Part shown: positions 23,925-36,678 of the stretch, one piece after another
Numbering within the stretch: the first letter of the stretch is position 1
How the letters are laid out: every line of letters starts with the position of its first letter
Origin: Octopus vulgaris
Taxonomy: Eukaryota
DNA length: 64,000 nt
Direction: 5' to 3'
Assembly (NCBI GenBank): GCA_951406725.2
Contig: OX597815.1
Span: 132,990,001-133,054,000 of the forward strand
The notes under the pieces: model-generated
Told to the model about the DNA's origin: nothing
The model's input: the letters and a program-made list of their open reading frames with translations, nothing else
The model's database searches: none
Translations under genes and position numbers: made by a program

Positions 23925-24362
23925 TATTCAGTTTATTTCAAGATTTCTTGCCAATAGAGAACGAACCGGTTTCTAACCTAGATCCAAGGCTTCTTCATTG
24001 GTATTTCAACATCAACAACAGGGTACTTTTGTATGTATGTATGTATGTATGTATGTAGTTTTCTATCAATCTATCTATCTATCTTTGTGCAGATTTGTAT
24101 GTTTTATGTATGTATTCTCATGCATATAGTTGCTTATCCTGACATGCTCATATATATCTAAATGATAAACTTCTGGAAAGTTTGACAGATTTTTACAGTC
24201 CCAGTGATGGATTGGATCTGTAGTCTTCGAATTAGCTTTCTCCTTCCTCGTTTTGAGAAGTCTTATTTCTCAAGACTGGTATTTAAGCAGTGTGTTATAT
24301 ATCCCAGGGCCCCACTAATTTCAGTATAAAACAGAATTTGTAATCTGGATAGAGTAACTGCA
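23925..24362 (-). mobile_element. RLE-type LINE 3' fragment in (TATG)n
   Basis: YPDYKFCFI../ALGYITHCL..KLIRRLQIQSITGTVKICQTF; the distal part is repeated at 43635-43732. Confidence 0.6.
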
Positions 24363-24994
24363 ATGTATGTATGTATGTATGTATGTATGTATGTATGTAT
24401 GTATGTATGTATATCTTATGGGGAAAATACTATCTTTACTTAGCAGAATATAACATAAATGACTCAATGGTCAAGAGCTTTATGTGCATAAATTTATCAG
24501 ATAGTCACGTTAATAAAAGCTGTCACATTACTTTTACTAAATTTCTAAAAAATACTAAAAACCAACGGCATGCAATGTAAACGGTGTGCTCTAGCTGAGC
24601 TTAGTCGATAGAATCTCTACAGACTGTCATTGAAAGGGGATTGTTGAAAGGTGTAGAGGAAGCGAGTTCTGTATGTCACTTCCATCAATAACGACGTTAT
24701 GGTGGTAGTTGGAACAGTGAGATGTTTTGCTCTACTTCTAGATGGGCCAGATTGTCAAATCTAAATAGAGAACTCTACTTACAAACACACACACATGTAT
24801 AAATGGCGACAACTTACCCATCGCACGCTCTCTCGCTCTCTCGCTCTCTCTCACTCTGTATATATATATATTTAGGTATATATCTATATATATATACATA
24901 TATACGTATATACATGTGTGCGAGTATGTGTGGTGTGGTGGGCACACACCTTTATGCACACACACACACACATGTGTGTGTGCTTGTGTGTATA

Positions 24995-25572
24995 CAGGGT
25001 GCGGTGAACTCATTTTAACAGATATATTTACCAAATTTACATAAAAATATCTTCAAATACTAAAGAGTAAATTTATTCAATAAAATCGCCATTTGCTTCA
25101 GCCACAGCCTCTAAACGACTTCGGAATCTTCTGCAACTCTTCTGGACGGTCTCTTTGTTTAAGTCAGTCAATGCTGCCATAATCATTGCCTTTGGTGTTA
25201 CAAGGATTTTTGCTGGTCTCTCGCTCAACTGCGCCCCATATATAATAATCGAGTGGGTTGCAGTCTGAGGAGTTAGGTGACATGGCGTTAGAGGTGATAT
25301 GGTCGCAGAAATTGTCTGACAGGCATGATATGTTTTGGGGATTCGGATTGACCCACATCACTTTGAATTGTTCGTAGGGGAGATTCCGTTGCGAATGCTA
25401 TGCAGTACAACTTTCCGTTTCAAAATTTCTGGCAGAGCGAATTAAGTCATGCTGCTGTTTTTCTCACAGACTGTGCCCACTGAGACTACTATATCGTGTA
25501 GTCGACAAAATCAATATCAAATGCGCATAAATTTAAAATATAGAACGGCGACAATTTACCCATCGCACGCTG
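24995..25572 (-). mobile_element. Deleted mariner-like (DD37D/maT-like) transposon
   Basis: TA|CAGGGTGCG .. CGCACGCTG|TA termini; SPNSSDCNPLDYYIWG motif; homologous to 42600-43530. Confidence 0.8.
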
Positions 25573-25588
25573 TATGTATTTATGTATG

Positions 25589-25678
<90 letters not shown>

Positions 25679-25699
25679 ATATATATATACGTGTATATA

Positions 25700-26185
25700 C
25701 ACAATTAAGAGGAATGACCACAGAAATGGACTCCTAATATGCTAAATATAGACGTCAAATCGCCATTACTACGAAGAGTGTGGTTTCAAGAATAAATTTC
25801 AGCAAAACGCCAGAATGTAAAAATGAGCAAGACAAATGAAAATATACGAAATAAAAAAAAACGATTACCTACGTAACATGGTTTCGCTTGTTAATATTTA
25901 CAAATGTAAATATCTGCAACCTCATCAGCGTAGTCCGTCGCTTACAAAACACAATTTCCAGAACTAGACACAGAACGCTCACCCGAAAGTGAGCATGTAA
26001 AAAGTCCTGCAAATTATATTTAGGGGTATTTTTCAAATGTCTTCATTTTGGAGCGCTGAGGCCGGAACTAACTCTGCAGTTAATAAATTTCAGCAGCTAA
26101 TTTACCGGTTAGAGAACATTCTTATTTAAAAATTAAATAATGAGGGTATAAATTGATACTAGCCAATTAAAACCTGTGGCTTAGC
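25700..26185 (-). mobile_element. Putative solo PLE pseudo-LTR / non-coding hammerhead element
   Basis: Non-coding block between (TA)n tracts that carries a canonical hammerhead core. Confidence 0.5.
25869..25933 (-). ncRNA. Type I hammerhead ribozyme motif
   Basis: Minus strand: CTACG-CTGATGA-GGTTG..ATATTTACATTTGTAAATAT..CAAGC-GAAA-CCATGT-TA-CGTAG. Confidence 0.75.
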
Positions 26186-26479
26186 ATATATATATATGTG
26201 TGTATATATTCAGAAGCTAATATTTATATAGATGTTATTATTGTTATCATCTGTGATAAATATAAATAATAAATAATACCGTAGCACTGCTGCAGCACTA
26301 GAGGCCATCTGGAAGCCAAGTATATGATCAAATAAGGTTCAGGAGGTTAGGGCTCAAATGGCTAATTTCAATATTCTGGAATAATAGTAAAATCGATAGG
26401 TCAGTAGAGGTTTATTTAATCTTTTTAATCTAAAGCTCGATTTAATATAGGTGGTTGCAGCGCTAAATAGCGTTAGATA

Positions 26480-26850
26480 CGAGGCGCCTATCTGCTAGAA
26501 AGTGGAGTTAAAACCTCACCTAAACTACCAATGACACCTTACTAAGTTTACACTGAAGCTGTTCTGATTTTGGCGCAAAGTAATTCAGAACGCCAGCTAA
26601 TTTCAACGGGTCGAGTTGAATTTTTTCACTTGGTAAAACTTGCTGAAGAGTGCAAAGGCTTTTTCGCTAGAACACGAAATCATGATGCAAGTGTATCTAA
26701 ATGCCAAACCTATATAGCATTAAGCTGTTATAGTATGTTTAAATTCTTTACCAGTTCACCCGACAACTGTTGTTATCTGTTAATTATTTCAGTGTCATTG
26801 GTGATGTAACTGAGGATTTTAACTCCACTTTCAAGCAGGTAGGCGCTTCG
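26480..26850. mobile_element. Nested mariner-like MITE with ~60-bp TIRs
   Basis: CGAGGCGCCTATCTGCTAGAAAGTGGAGTTAAAA..CCAATGACAC is inverted at 26792-26850. Confidence 0.8.
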
Positions 26851-28091
26851 TGTGCATTTATACTAAACATATATATATACATATAGATAGATAGATAGAT
26901 ACAGAAATACGTACATATATATGCACACACACACACACTTATACGTGTGGGGAAGGGTGTATGTAATACACTGCACTCCAATTTGAGATAATAGATTTTA
27001 TTCATGTACCGTAGCCGATGTTTACCGCACCTATAGCCACAATGCATTTGCGAACAACAAGACAGATATAATTTTGAGGATTTGCAATGTATGTGCAAGA
27101 ATATGTACAGATGATTTCCATAACCCGTTATTTATGACGGTTTGTGACGTAGCACATTTTCCACGTGCCATAGACTGTATAGAATCACTGAAGCTTTGAC
27201 TAAATAACAGTCTTAAATTGTCTTAAATCCGATGGACAGTGGTTGTAATTTGATATCCTGAAAAGGGTGGGATGTTTAGTTTAAACAATGATTAAATGAT
27301 CCTAACAAGACAGACAGTGAGAAGAAAATGGCAACAAATTCAATGAATACTACAGTTTCTTTTATTTAACTTCCCACAAGGTATTAGCTTACTATTCTAC
27401 GAGCTAAAAGTTTAAAACTACATTCAGATTTTTCCCTTGTTTCGGGAAGAGTGTTCGGAATGCGTGTTATCACTTGCTTCACGTCAAAACAAACAAGTCT
27501 TGCTTGGTCATTCTAAATTACATTTCAACCAGCTATTCTCCATACATATGTAGACAGAGAGATTCAAAATGGTAGCTATTCATAGAACACAAAATAATAG
27601 ATATTTGCGTTAAAAGGAAGGCAAGAACATAGAATAAGAGGAAATGAAAAGGAATCATCAAATAATACTCACTAAAAGATGACAAAGATATATTTCTATG
27701 TTCGGCAGAAAGCTAGCAAGGAAATGAAACTAGACAATAACATCTCAGTTTTATACAAGAAGCAGAGAACGGAGCCATCACGGAACTTATACAAGTTTGA
27801 GCTTCTTAATTGTCCATGCATTAAAAATGCAAGCAACGCACTAACATAAAGTTTTTTTCTTCATTTTTCATTGGAATGCCTTTAAATTATTTTATTACTG
27901 AACAACTCTATTTCTCCTACTATTAAATATATAATTCTGTAAGATAAAGAAATAATATTTTTCTCGAACGCAGGATAATGCTAATAATATAGCATGTACA
28001 GGATAAACTACTCATATTTTGCAGAAAAATGTGTCGGCAACCGGCCTTGAGACTCGAACTCACATACCTGTGATTACGCGTCTCAGTGCTG

Positions 28092-28166
28092 GGTCAGTTT
28101 AGCTTAAAGGTAAAGCACTGCTACGCGTAATCACAGGGATGTGAGTTCGAGTCTCATGGCTGGCCG
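28092..28166 (+). tRNA. tRNA-like sequence (possibly Thr-CGT-derived pseudogene or SINE head) within a fold-back
   Basis: Acceptor GGTCAGT/GCTGGCC, D arm TAGCTTAAAGGTAAAGC, T arm GTGAG-TTCGAGT-CTCAT; anticodon stem imperfect. Confidence 0.5.
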
Positions 28167-28899
28167 ATGACACATTTATCTTTCAATACATCTTAATGCT
28201 TCTAAAGTAAACTTTGTTTACTTTCATCGTAATATAATTCTGTGTATTTACTTATGTATTCATTCAATTTAAAATATCAATTTGCGATTGGTGCAGTGCA
28301 ATACTTTACTAAGTAAGGCAGCAAAATACAAAATCACACTATAGCTGTTGTCTGAAGACGTCGGAAAAAAATATGAACATACTGAAAAAATTTTTTGTAC
28401 CCGATGCACATAAATTCGAGCTTTAGATTAAAAAGATTAAATATAACCTCTACTGACCTATCGATTTTACTATTATTCCAGAATATTGAAATTAGCCATT
28501 TGAGCCCTGACCTCCTGAACCTTATTAGACCATATACTTGGCATCCAGATGGACTCTACTGCTACAGCAGTGCTACGGTATAGAGAAAAATAAGCCATCC
28601 ACCGGTAAACCTGTGTTACGAGCTCAAAGGAGTAAGCCTGTTACACATGTGCACATACTCTCTCTCACACACACACACAGTCATACATACTCACTCGCAC
28701 ACACAAATAATGTTTGCATATGTATTTCTGTAAATGTAAACATACATGAATAAAAACATATATATATATAAATATATATGTGTGTGTATGTGTGTGTGTG
28801 TGTGAATATATATATATATATATTTAAATATAGATTTATATATACATATCTATATATATATATATATACATGTATTTTCGCTTCTTATATATATATATG

Positions 28900-29505
28900 A
28901 TGCGCACTCTTAACCTTTCTGTCCCTCCCTTTCTCAGCCTTCATTCTTTCTGGTTTCCTCACAACCATTCCCTTTTTTCTCTCCCTTTCTCTTGCTACTC
29001 CTCCTCCCTCCCGTCGTTGGCCCGCGACGAGAGCTCTGCTACTGCCTTTCTGGCCTGGGGTCCTTGAAGTGTAGACGGCATTTTCTGTTGCTCCTTCGCC
29101 GTTCTAAAAAATAGAGTTCGTAACACTTTATCTCATTCGGCTTAACAGCCCTTCTTGTCTTGTTATTCTCCTTGTTCTGTCTTTTACTGTTTATATTTTG
29201 TACTGTCGTTACTGTCTTGTTTTTGTTACAATTTTCACCCCTCCGCAAAAAGATCTCAAATCTTATTTAATTTGCTTTTCGCGGGAAGGAAAGTTTCTAT
29301 CGAAGATGCGTATCGTTTTCACCTTCGAAACGCAGAGTAGATGAAACCATGGCGACTGAAGAAGGGGAATTTTCCTTGTGTTATTTGTCCTGTACTCTAT
29401 CTGTTCGTTGTTTAAGAAAAATATCCAGTTCCTTGGTTTTGTGTTTATGTTTTCGTTTCTCATTGTGTTCGACGTTTTTTTTTTATGTCCTGTACCCATA
29501 TATGC
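28900..29505 (+). mobile_element. Pyrimidine-rich non-coding element, possibly a PLE 3' region
   Basis: Composition and architecture resemble 13400-13690; flanked by TA-type repeats. Confidence 0.35.
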
Positions 29506-29599
29506 ATGTATATATACATGTAGAGGTAGGTAGTACATATATGTATGTATATATGCATATGTTTTATTTATTAATTTATTATATATAGAGAGAGAGATA

Positions 29600-29705
29600 T
29601 ACATACATACATACATACATACATACATACATACTTACATACATACATACATATACATACATACATACATACATACATACATACATACATACATACATAC
29701 ATACA

Positions 29706-29736
<31 letters not shown>
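29600..29736. repeat. (CATA)n microsatellite
   Basis: Directly visible. Confidence 0.95.
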
Positions 29737-29738
<2 letters not shown>

Positions 29739-31678
29739 CCTTCTCTTCGGCATCCGTCCATCTTGAGAGACGATGGTGTAGCTCGGAAAAGGTGGTGGGT
29801 TTATCTGCACTTCCTGGTGTGGCTGTGCAGACCAATCATCGAGTGGCAGTCTCTACCACATCTGGTGCAAGTGAAAAGGGATGAGAGCTGTGGTTGCTGC
29901 TGCTGCTTCTTTTGCCTGGTTCTCTTTAGTTTGGCAGTAGTGGTCTTCAGGTTCTCTGCTGTCATGGCACCGTGCTTGACTCTGTGTCGCCAGGCGCTTC
30001 TGTCGGCAGCGGCGGATTCCCACGTTTGGGTGTTGATCTGGCATAGCTTTAGGTCCTTCTTGCAGATATCCTTGAAGCGCAGTTTAGGGCGTCCCATTGT
30101 TCTGGAGCCTTCCGCTAGCTGTCCGTACAGTAGGTCCTTTGGAATCCGTCCTGCATCCATTCGGCTGACATGACCTAGCCACCGAAGACGCCTCTCACAG
30201 AGTGATGTTTGCATGCTGTACATGTTGTCACGGTCCAAAACCTCTGTGTTAGTGATCCTGTCCTGCCATTTGATATGGAGAATGCTCCGCAGGCACCTTA
30301 GGTGGAAGCTATTGAGTTGTTTCTCGTGTCGGGCGTAGGTGGTCCATGTCTCGCTTCCGTACAACAGTATGCTCAGTACGCATGCTCGGTAAACTCTCAG
30401 TTTAGTATTCTGAGTGAGACTGGTGTTGTTCCATACCCGTTTGTTAAGCTTGGCCATTACCACTGTTGCCTTACCGATTCTGCTCGTAACCTCTGTGTTG
30501 ATGGACACAGAGTTGGATATAGTGGACCCGAGATAGGTGAAGCTGTCGACCACTGCTAGGTTGTAGCCATCTATGCAGATTGATGGGTTATGCTCTGCGC
30601 ACTGCACCATGGCGTCTGTCTTCTTCGGGCTGATATTTAGACCAAATTCTTTGCAGGCATGGGACATACAGCTCACAAGTTCTTGGAGTCCAGCTTCTGT
30701 GTGTGACGTCAGTGCTGCGTCATCTGCGAAGAGCATCTCTTGAATGAGTACCTTAGCGACTTTGGATTTGGCTCGTAGACGGGCGATGTTGAAAAGCTTG
30801 ACGTCGCACCTGGTGTGGATGTGGACTCCCTCCTTGCTGGTCTTAAAAGCAAACTATAGGAGCAGCGAGAAGAATATTCCGAAGAGTGTTGGTGCGAGAG
30901 AACAACCTTGTTTCACTCCGCTGCTGGCTGGGAAGGCTTCCGATGTTGCGACGTTGTAGCAGACAGTGCTGTGCATGTTGTCGTGGAATGAGGTTATCAC
31001 TTTGAGCAGGTGCGGTGGGCATCCTATCTTCTGTAGAAGTGTAAAGAGTCCATTCCGGTTGACGAGATCAAATGCCTTGGTGAGGTCAATGAAGGCTATA
31101 TAGAGAGGCATCTATTGTTCTAGGCACTTCTCTTGCAGTTGTCGTAGTGAGAATGTCATGTCCAGTGTGGATCGTTCTGCTCTGAAACCACACTGTGACT
31201 CCGAGTAAACACGGTGTGCCAAGGTTTGTAGACGCGCTAGTGTGACTCATGCGCAGGCTTTACCGACTATACTAAGTAGAGAGATACTCCTGTAGTTGTT
31301 GCAGTCGCTGCGATCACCTTTGTTTTTGTACAGGGTGACGATTTTAGCGTCTCTCATGTCTTGCGGTATATGACCATGTCTGTGTTTAGCCCCTTGTGGG
31401 TAATAAAAAAATAGGTATATGACTATGTTTCCAGCAGAGCCAGAGTAAATCATGCAGGGGGTGTAGCAGTGCAGGTTTCCCACATTTGAGGATTTCTGAT
31501 GGGATGCCATCTTTCCCGGGAGCCTTGCCACAGACTAGTGCGTCGATTGCCTTGCTGAGCTCTTCCAGTGTGGGTGGAGAGTCTAGTTCATTCATAACCG
31601 GTAGGACTGGGATAGCGTTGAGGGCCGAGTCTGTGACGACGTTCTGTGTAGCATACAGTTCGAGGTAGTGCTCAGTCC
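29737..31678 (-). mobile_element. RTE/BovB-like LINE, 5'-truncated, decayed RT
   Basis: KAPGKDGIP, NNYRSISLLS, FIDLTKAFD, GVKQGCSLAP, LFADD, FTYLGS, RLRWLGHV and a C-terminal CTRC..HSH zinc-finger-like end, with stops and frameshifts. Confidence 0.95.
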
Positions 31679-31679
31679 A

Positions 31680-32490
31680 GGGCAGCGTGCTTGCAAAAAA
31701 TTACAATGTCCATGTCAGCACCATTTATCACCTGCAAGAGCGACACAACAGCATCAACGGCACTGCAGACCGTGCCCACAAAAGGCGCCCCCGGATGGCC
31801 ACACCCAGGCAGGACCGCTTCATCCACCTGCAACACTTCCGTGATCGCTTCAGACCGGACAGTGTGACAGCTCGCGAAATCACTGGCACTGGACAGCGAC
31901 CCGTAAGTGACGACACGATATGATGTCGACTGGCTGCCAACAACCTGCGCTGTAGTCGTCCTGGTCGAGGGCTTATCCTCACCGTCCGTCACTATCAGGC
32001 ACGACTACAGTGGGCTACACAGAACCAACATTGGCGGTATGAAAAATGGTGGTCAATAGTCTTCTCTGACAAGAACCGCTACGGCGTTTCCAACTCGGAT
32101 GGCAGAGTGAGGATGTGGCGTAGGAGGGGTGAATGCTATAAAGACGCATGTGTCATGGAGAGATGCGTGGGGTGGCCAAAGCAACAGGCCTGAATCAGAG
32201 AATAGAGTGCCATGTGTTCCAAAATGTGGGTGCAGGCAGAGGGAATGGCTTCACAGTGCAGCTTACGTTGACCAGATCCTAAGACCTCCTAGCATGCCTT
32301 TTTTCGCGCCACGTGTTCGAGCGGGACAATGCTCCCTCCCACACGGCGAGGGTCACGAAGGACTTCCTACGTCAGCCCAACATCGGAACCATGTCATGGC
32401 CGGCTCTCAGCCTGGATTTGAAACCAACTGACCACCTGTTGGATGAAATCCAGAGACGGCTGAACCAGGTGATCCGAAGGCCGACAATAT
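31680..32490 (+). mobile_element. Tc1-like (DD34E) transposase relic
   Basis: HTH region, IVFSDK..DGRVRMWRR, DNAPSH, WPALSLDLKPTDHL; multiple disruptions. Confidence 0.85.
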
Positions 32491-32810
32491 GTACACGCGC
32501 ACACATAAACGCATGCATGCACCTACGTACCTATAGAGCCATTTATACATACCCTGTACTAGTCTTCATACCTAAATATAATATATAGATATAAGCCAAA
32601 CAATTTATATTAAGCGACAAGCGAAATTAAAATTAACAAGATATAATAAACAAGAACAATAGATAACAGACAAACGATAGACGTAGTGTTTTGAAAGCCA
32701 TACGCTGTACCATCGAATATTTCATTATTTATGAGATGAAAATTGCAATGAATTCTTAATTAGAAGGCGTATTATATAGAGTAACAAATTACTCAAACAA
32801 TACTTGCAGC

Positions 32811-33110
32811 TTAAATAATACGCACAACTTCGCGAGGAATGTCTATAAAGGTGGAGGAAGTAATTAAAGGTGGATTAAATGTGCCTCGTATATTTTGTAA
32901 ACATTTCAAATAAAATTCCTGCAGTTTATTGATAACTTTATGTAGACATTTATGTGTATATGATATTTTCTTCGACTCGCTATTTAGCAGGCGAATATTG
33001 CAGCTAACTTCAGAACTTGGAAGTTTTTCTGTCACTTCACCATCTTTGCAGTAAAGCAGAAAATCACAAATGTTGAGGGATAACATAATCGATTAGATCG
33101 CTCTGTTGAT
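32811..33110 (-). pseudogene. Possible YqaJ/lambda-exonuclease C-terminal relic
   Basis: I*SIMLSLNICDFLLY..KISY..INKLQEFY resembles QIQGQM..CDFVVY..KL..FY (by eye only). Confidence 0.35.
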
Positions 33111-33502
33111 ACTGCCACACATCGAAAGTTAAAATAATTGAGAAAATACCTTCCTAATGTCTGTGTACATAGTGAATTGGACTTAATTATTCTTTTCCCT
33201 ATGATCTATATTAGACTATGTGTGGGGAAACTTTTGACAGTAAAGTGAACAATATTCTGTAATTTATGAAATTTGATTCTTGGTTGACTAATCTAGGAAT
33301 GACTTTTCATCTAAATTGACCGAAAGAGTAATTTCATATTATGTCCAAATTGAATTATAGGGTGATATCTCAATAAAGAATTGCATAATTATTTTCTTTC
33401 CGTCCGGCCAAGAACAATGGAATATATCACGACCGAGCAATTACAAACTAACACAATAGTTATATTCATTTGTTTGTAATCTTCACACCTACTTTGTTTT
33501 TC

Positions 33503-33517
33503 CTTATTATAATAATA

Positions 33518-33585
<68 letters not shown>

Positions 33586-33649
33586 CGTTAATATTATCAT
33601 TATTATCATCATCATCATCATTATTAATTACTGTTATTATTATTATTAC

Positions 33650-33694
<45 letters not shown>

Positions 33695-33784
33695 CGTTAT
33701 TATTATTATCATTATTATCATCATCATTATTAATTACTGTTATTATTATTATTATTATTATTATTATCATTATTATTATTATTC

Positions 33785-33818
<34 letters not shown>

Positions 33819-33864
33819 CGTTAATATTATCATTATTATCATCATCATCATTATTAATTATTGA

Positions 33865-33930
<66 letters not shown>

Positions 33931-33936
33931 CACTGT

Positions 33937-33967
<31 letters not shown>

Positions 33968-33970
33968 ATC
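33503..33970. repeat. Compound (TTA)/(TCA) tract with a higher-order duplicated unit
   Basis: ATCGTTAATATTATCATTATTATCATCATC..ATTAATTA recurs. Confidence 0.9.
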
Positions 33971-34621
33971 TATCAAATAAGAATTGTTTATTTTCTGTTT
34001 ATGAAATAAATTTACTGACAAAAACAGTAATTGATGAACCCCTGACATCAGTGTGAAAGTGCTCTAGCAAGCAATATTGAGTAGTAACAGCGACTGAATT
34101 AAGTCATAATTAAGACGTACCTGATCTATGATTCGTAACCTGTCATTGGCACGCTATTTTGCGACCTAAACATTAAATTGAATGATTGTGTCCGATTTAC
34201 GAAGACATTTCCTTCGTGGACAGCTCGCCAATATAATTAGCACATACTCACTATTACTGACTAAAACTAAATTATTGCAGATGATTACCTGTAGTAACCA
34301 GCTGCAATAATTTTAACGGAACATTAACGGCATCTCTTTCACTTATCCTATCGGTGAAGCTGCAATAGTTATGGGTTCTGCTCTATCCCCCAAACACAGC
34401 AAGTAAAAAAGATGGAGAATAAAAGATTATCTCTTTTAGGCTACCGTCAAGTTGTAGCATTTAATTCCTTGTGCGGGATCAGTAGGACGCAAGTGCTCTG
34501 CTAGTTGGTAAATTATACGTCACTTTTTCGATGCAATAGCTATTTCAGCGGGTTATAGAGCCAAGCCATAGTGTCTAAGTGGAGCTTAGAGTAAATGGAT
34601 GATGGGATATCTCATATTCTT

Positions 34622-34792
34622 TTCTACTCTACGCACAAGGCCCGAAATTTTGGGGGAGGAAGGGGGCAGTCGATTAGATCGACCCCAGTACGCAACCGGT
34701 GTTTAATTTATCGACCCCGAAAGGATGAAAGGCAAAGTCGACCATGGCGGAGTTTGAACTCAGAACATAAAGACAAACGAAATAGCGGTAAG
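34622..34792 (-). mobile_element. SINE, Meta/MESC-like family
   Basis: TATCGACCCCGAAAGGATGAAAGGCAAAGTCGAC..TTTGAACTC. Confidence 0.8.
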
Positions 34793-34801
34793 CAGATATA
34801 T

Positions 34802-34930
<129 letters not shown>

Positions 34931-34989
34931 TGTATATGAATAGATGTGTGTGTTTTTCCCTTGTTATATATATATATATATATATATAG

Positions 34990-35201
34990 GAGGTGCTCTA
35001 GCACGGTCGCAGTCAAATGGCTGAAACAAGTAAAGCAATAAAAGACTATATATATGTGTGTTTGTGTGTGTGTGCGTGTGTATGTTTAAGTGAGTGAGTC
35101 TGTACTTGTACCACCGCCATCGCTTGACAACTAATTTAGTTGTTCGGCAAAAGATACCGATAGAATACATACTAGGCTTACAGAAAATAAGCCCTGGGGT
35201 C

Positions 35202-35275
<74 letters not shown>

Positions 35276-35490
35276 TCTTTTATTGTTTTACTTGTTTTAA
35301 ACATTTCACAGCGACCATGCTAGAGCAGCGCCTTAAAGCTTAAAGGGTTTTAGTCGAGCAACTCGACCCCAGGGCTTATTTTTTGTAAGCCTAGTATGTA
35401 TTCTATTGGTCTCTTTCGCCGAACAACTAAATTACGGGGACATAAACACACTAGCATTGGTTGTCAAGCGATGGTAGTGGTACAAATACA
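34990..35490. mobile_element. Fragments of the CORE-SINE 3' body in both orientations
   Basis: Match 16290-16463: 34990-35203 on the plus strand, 35275-35490 on the minus strand. Confidence 0.7.
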
Positions 35491-35507
35491 GACTCACCCA
35501 CATAAAT

Positions 35508-35584
<77 letters not shown>

Positions 35585-35606
35585 AATATATATATATATA
35601 TGTATG

Positions 35607-35675
<69 letters not shown>

Positions 35676-36540
35676 ATATGTATATATATATATATATATG
35701 TTTTATTTGTACGTATGAGTGCGCAGATATATATTTAAATATCTATATATGTGTGTGCGTAAGTTCCCTGACACAGTATAGGAAAGTGTATTAATATTTA
35801 TGCGTATATGCGGATGTGCGTGTGAGTGTGTGTGTTAGTGTTAAACACTGCTGTCTGTATTGATTTATCTATAAGTGTGATGACAGACATGCACTCTGTA
35901 ATTTATTGAATGTGTGGAGATGTGTCGAGGTGTATTCATGTGTGTGTGCATGTGTGTGTGAGTTTCTGTGTGGATGTGTGGGTTTAGGGTTAGATGTGGA
36001 TGTGTATGTTTTGCTTATGCGGTGTGGTGGGGGTCGGGCGGCTCTCAATTGACCAGCCGTGATGAAGATAATGATAATTTTAAATTCAAATCCAATAGTG
36101 TATTTATGTCATAAGGAAAATTACTAACTTGAACCCGGACATATATATACCGCTCTGGATCCTAATGTAAGCGTTATTAATAATATTATGAATAATAATA
36201 ATGGTAACATTAATGGTATTGACAACGATAATAATGCTAACTTTAAAGACACTTTAGAAATTATTATGAAGTAATATAATGTACGATTGACTATGTATAT
36301 TTGCATCTAGGTACTAATTTGTGTATGTTTATTATCACAATATTAAGTCGAAAAACTGAGACATTGAATGTGGAACACATATATATGTTTACTAATTTAT
36401 ATTATTTATTTATATAATTATGTATATGTATATTTTTATATGTATAGGAGTGTGAGTATATGCACTCATATGTATATATATATGTTGTATTATGGGTATG
36501 CACCCACACCCATGTGCGTATATATGTAGACTGATTTATA

Positions 36541-36678
36541 TTACATAATCTCCGAAGAGGCCTTATGATATTTTTGTAAATGTCTCATTTATATCTATAT
36601 ATTGACCAACCATAAAGGGCTAATATTGGTAAAATGAGACATACTTATCTACATGGCCGAAACAGCTGTAAGATGTAA
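36541..36678 (+). ncRNA. Hammerhead motif (U4C) with long, structured stem II insertion
   Basis: TTACATAATCT-CCGAAGA-GGCC-[TGTCTCATTT..ACCAA..TTGGT..AAATGAGACA]-GGCC-GAAA-CAGCTG-TA-AGATGTAA. Confidence 0.75.

Larger units (their letters stand above)
26279..28578. mobile_element. Non-autonomous Tc1/mariner-superfamily element with ~165-bp TIRs
   Basis: TA|CCGTAGCACTGC.. at 26279-26444 is the reverse complement of 28411-28578|TA. Confidence 0.85.

Noticed and set aside
29280-29380. CCTTCGAAACG and CTGAAGAAGG as a hammerhead
   Set aside because: The core halves are present but stems I and III cannot be formed consistently.
35980-35995. Telomere-like GGGTTTAGGGTTAG
   Set aside because: Only about two units; expected by chance.
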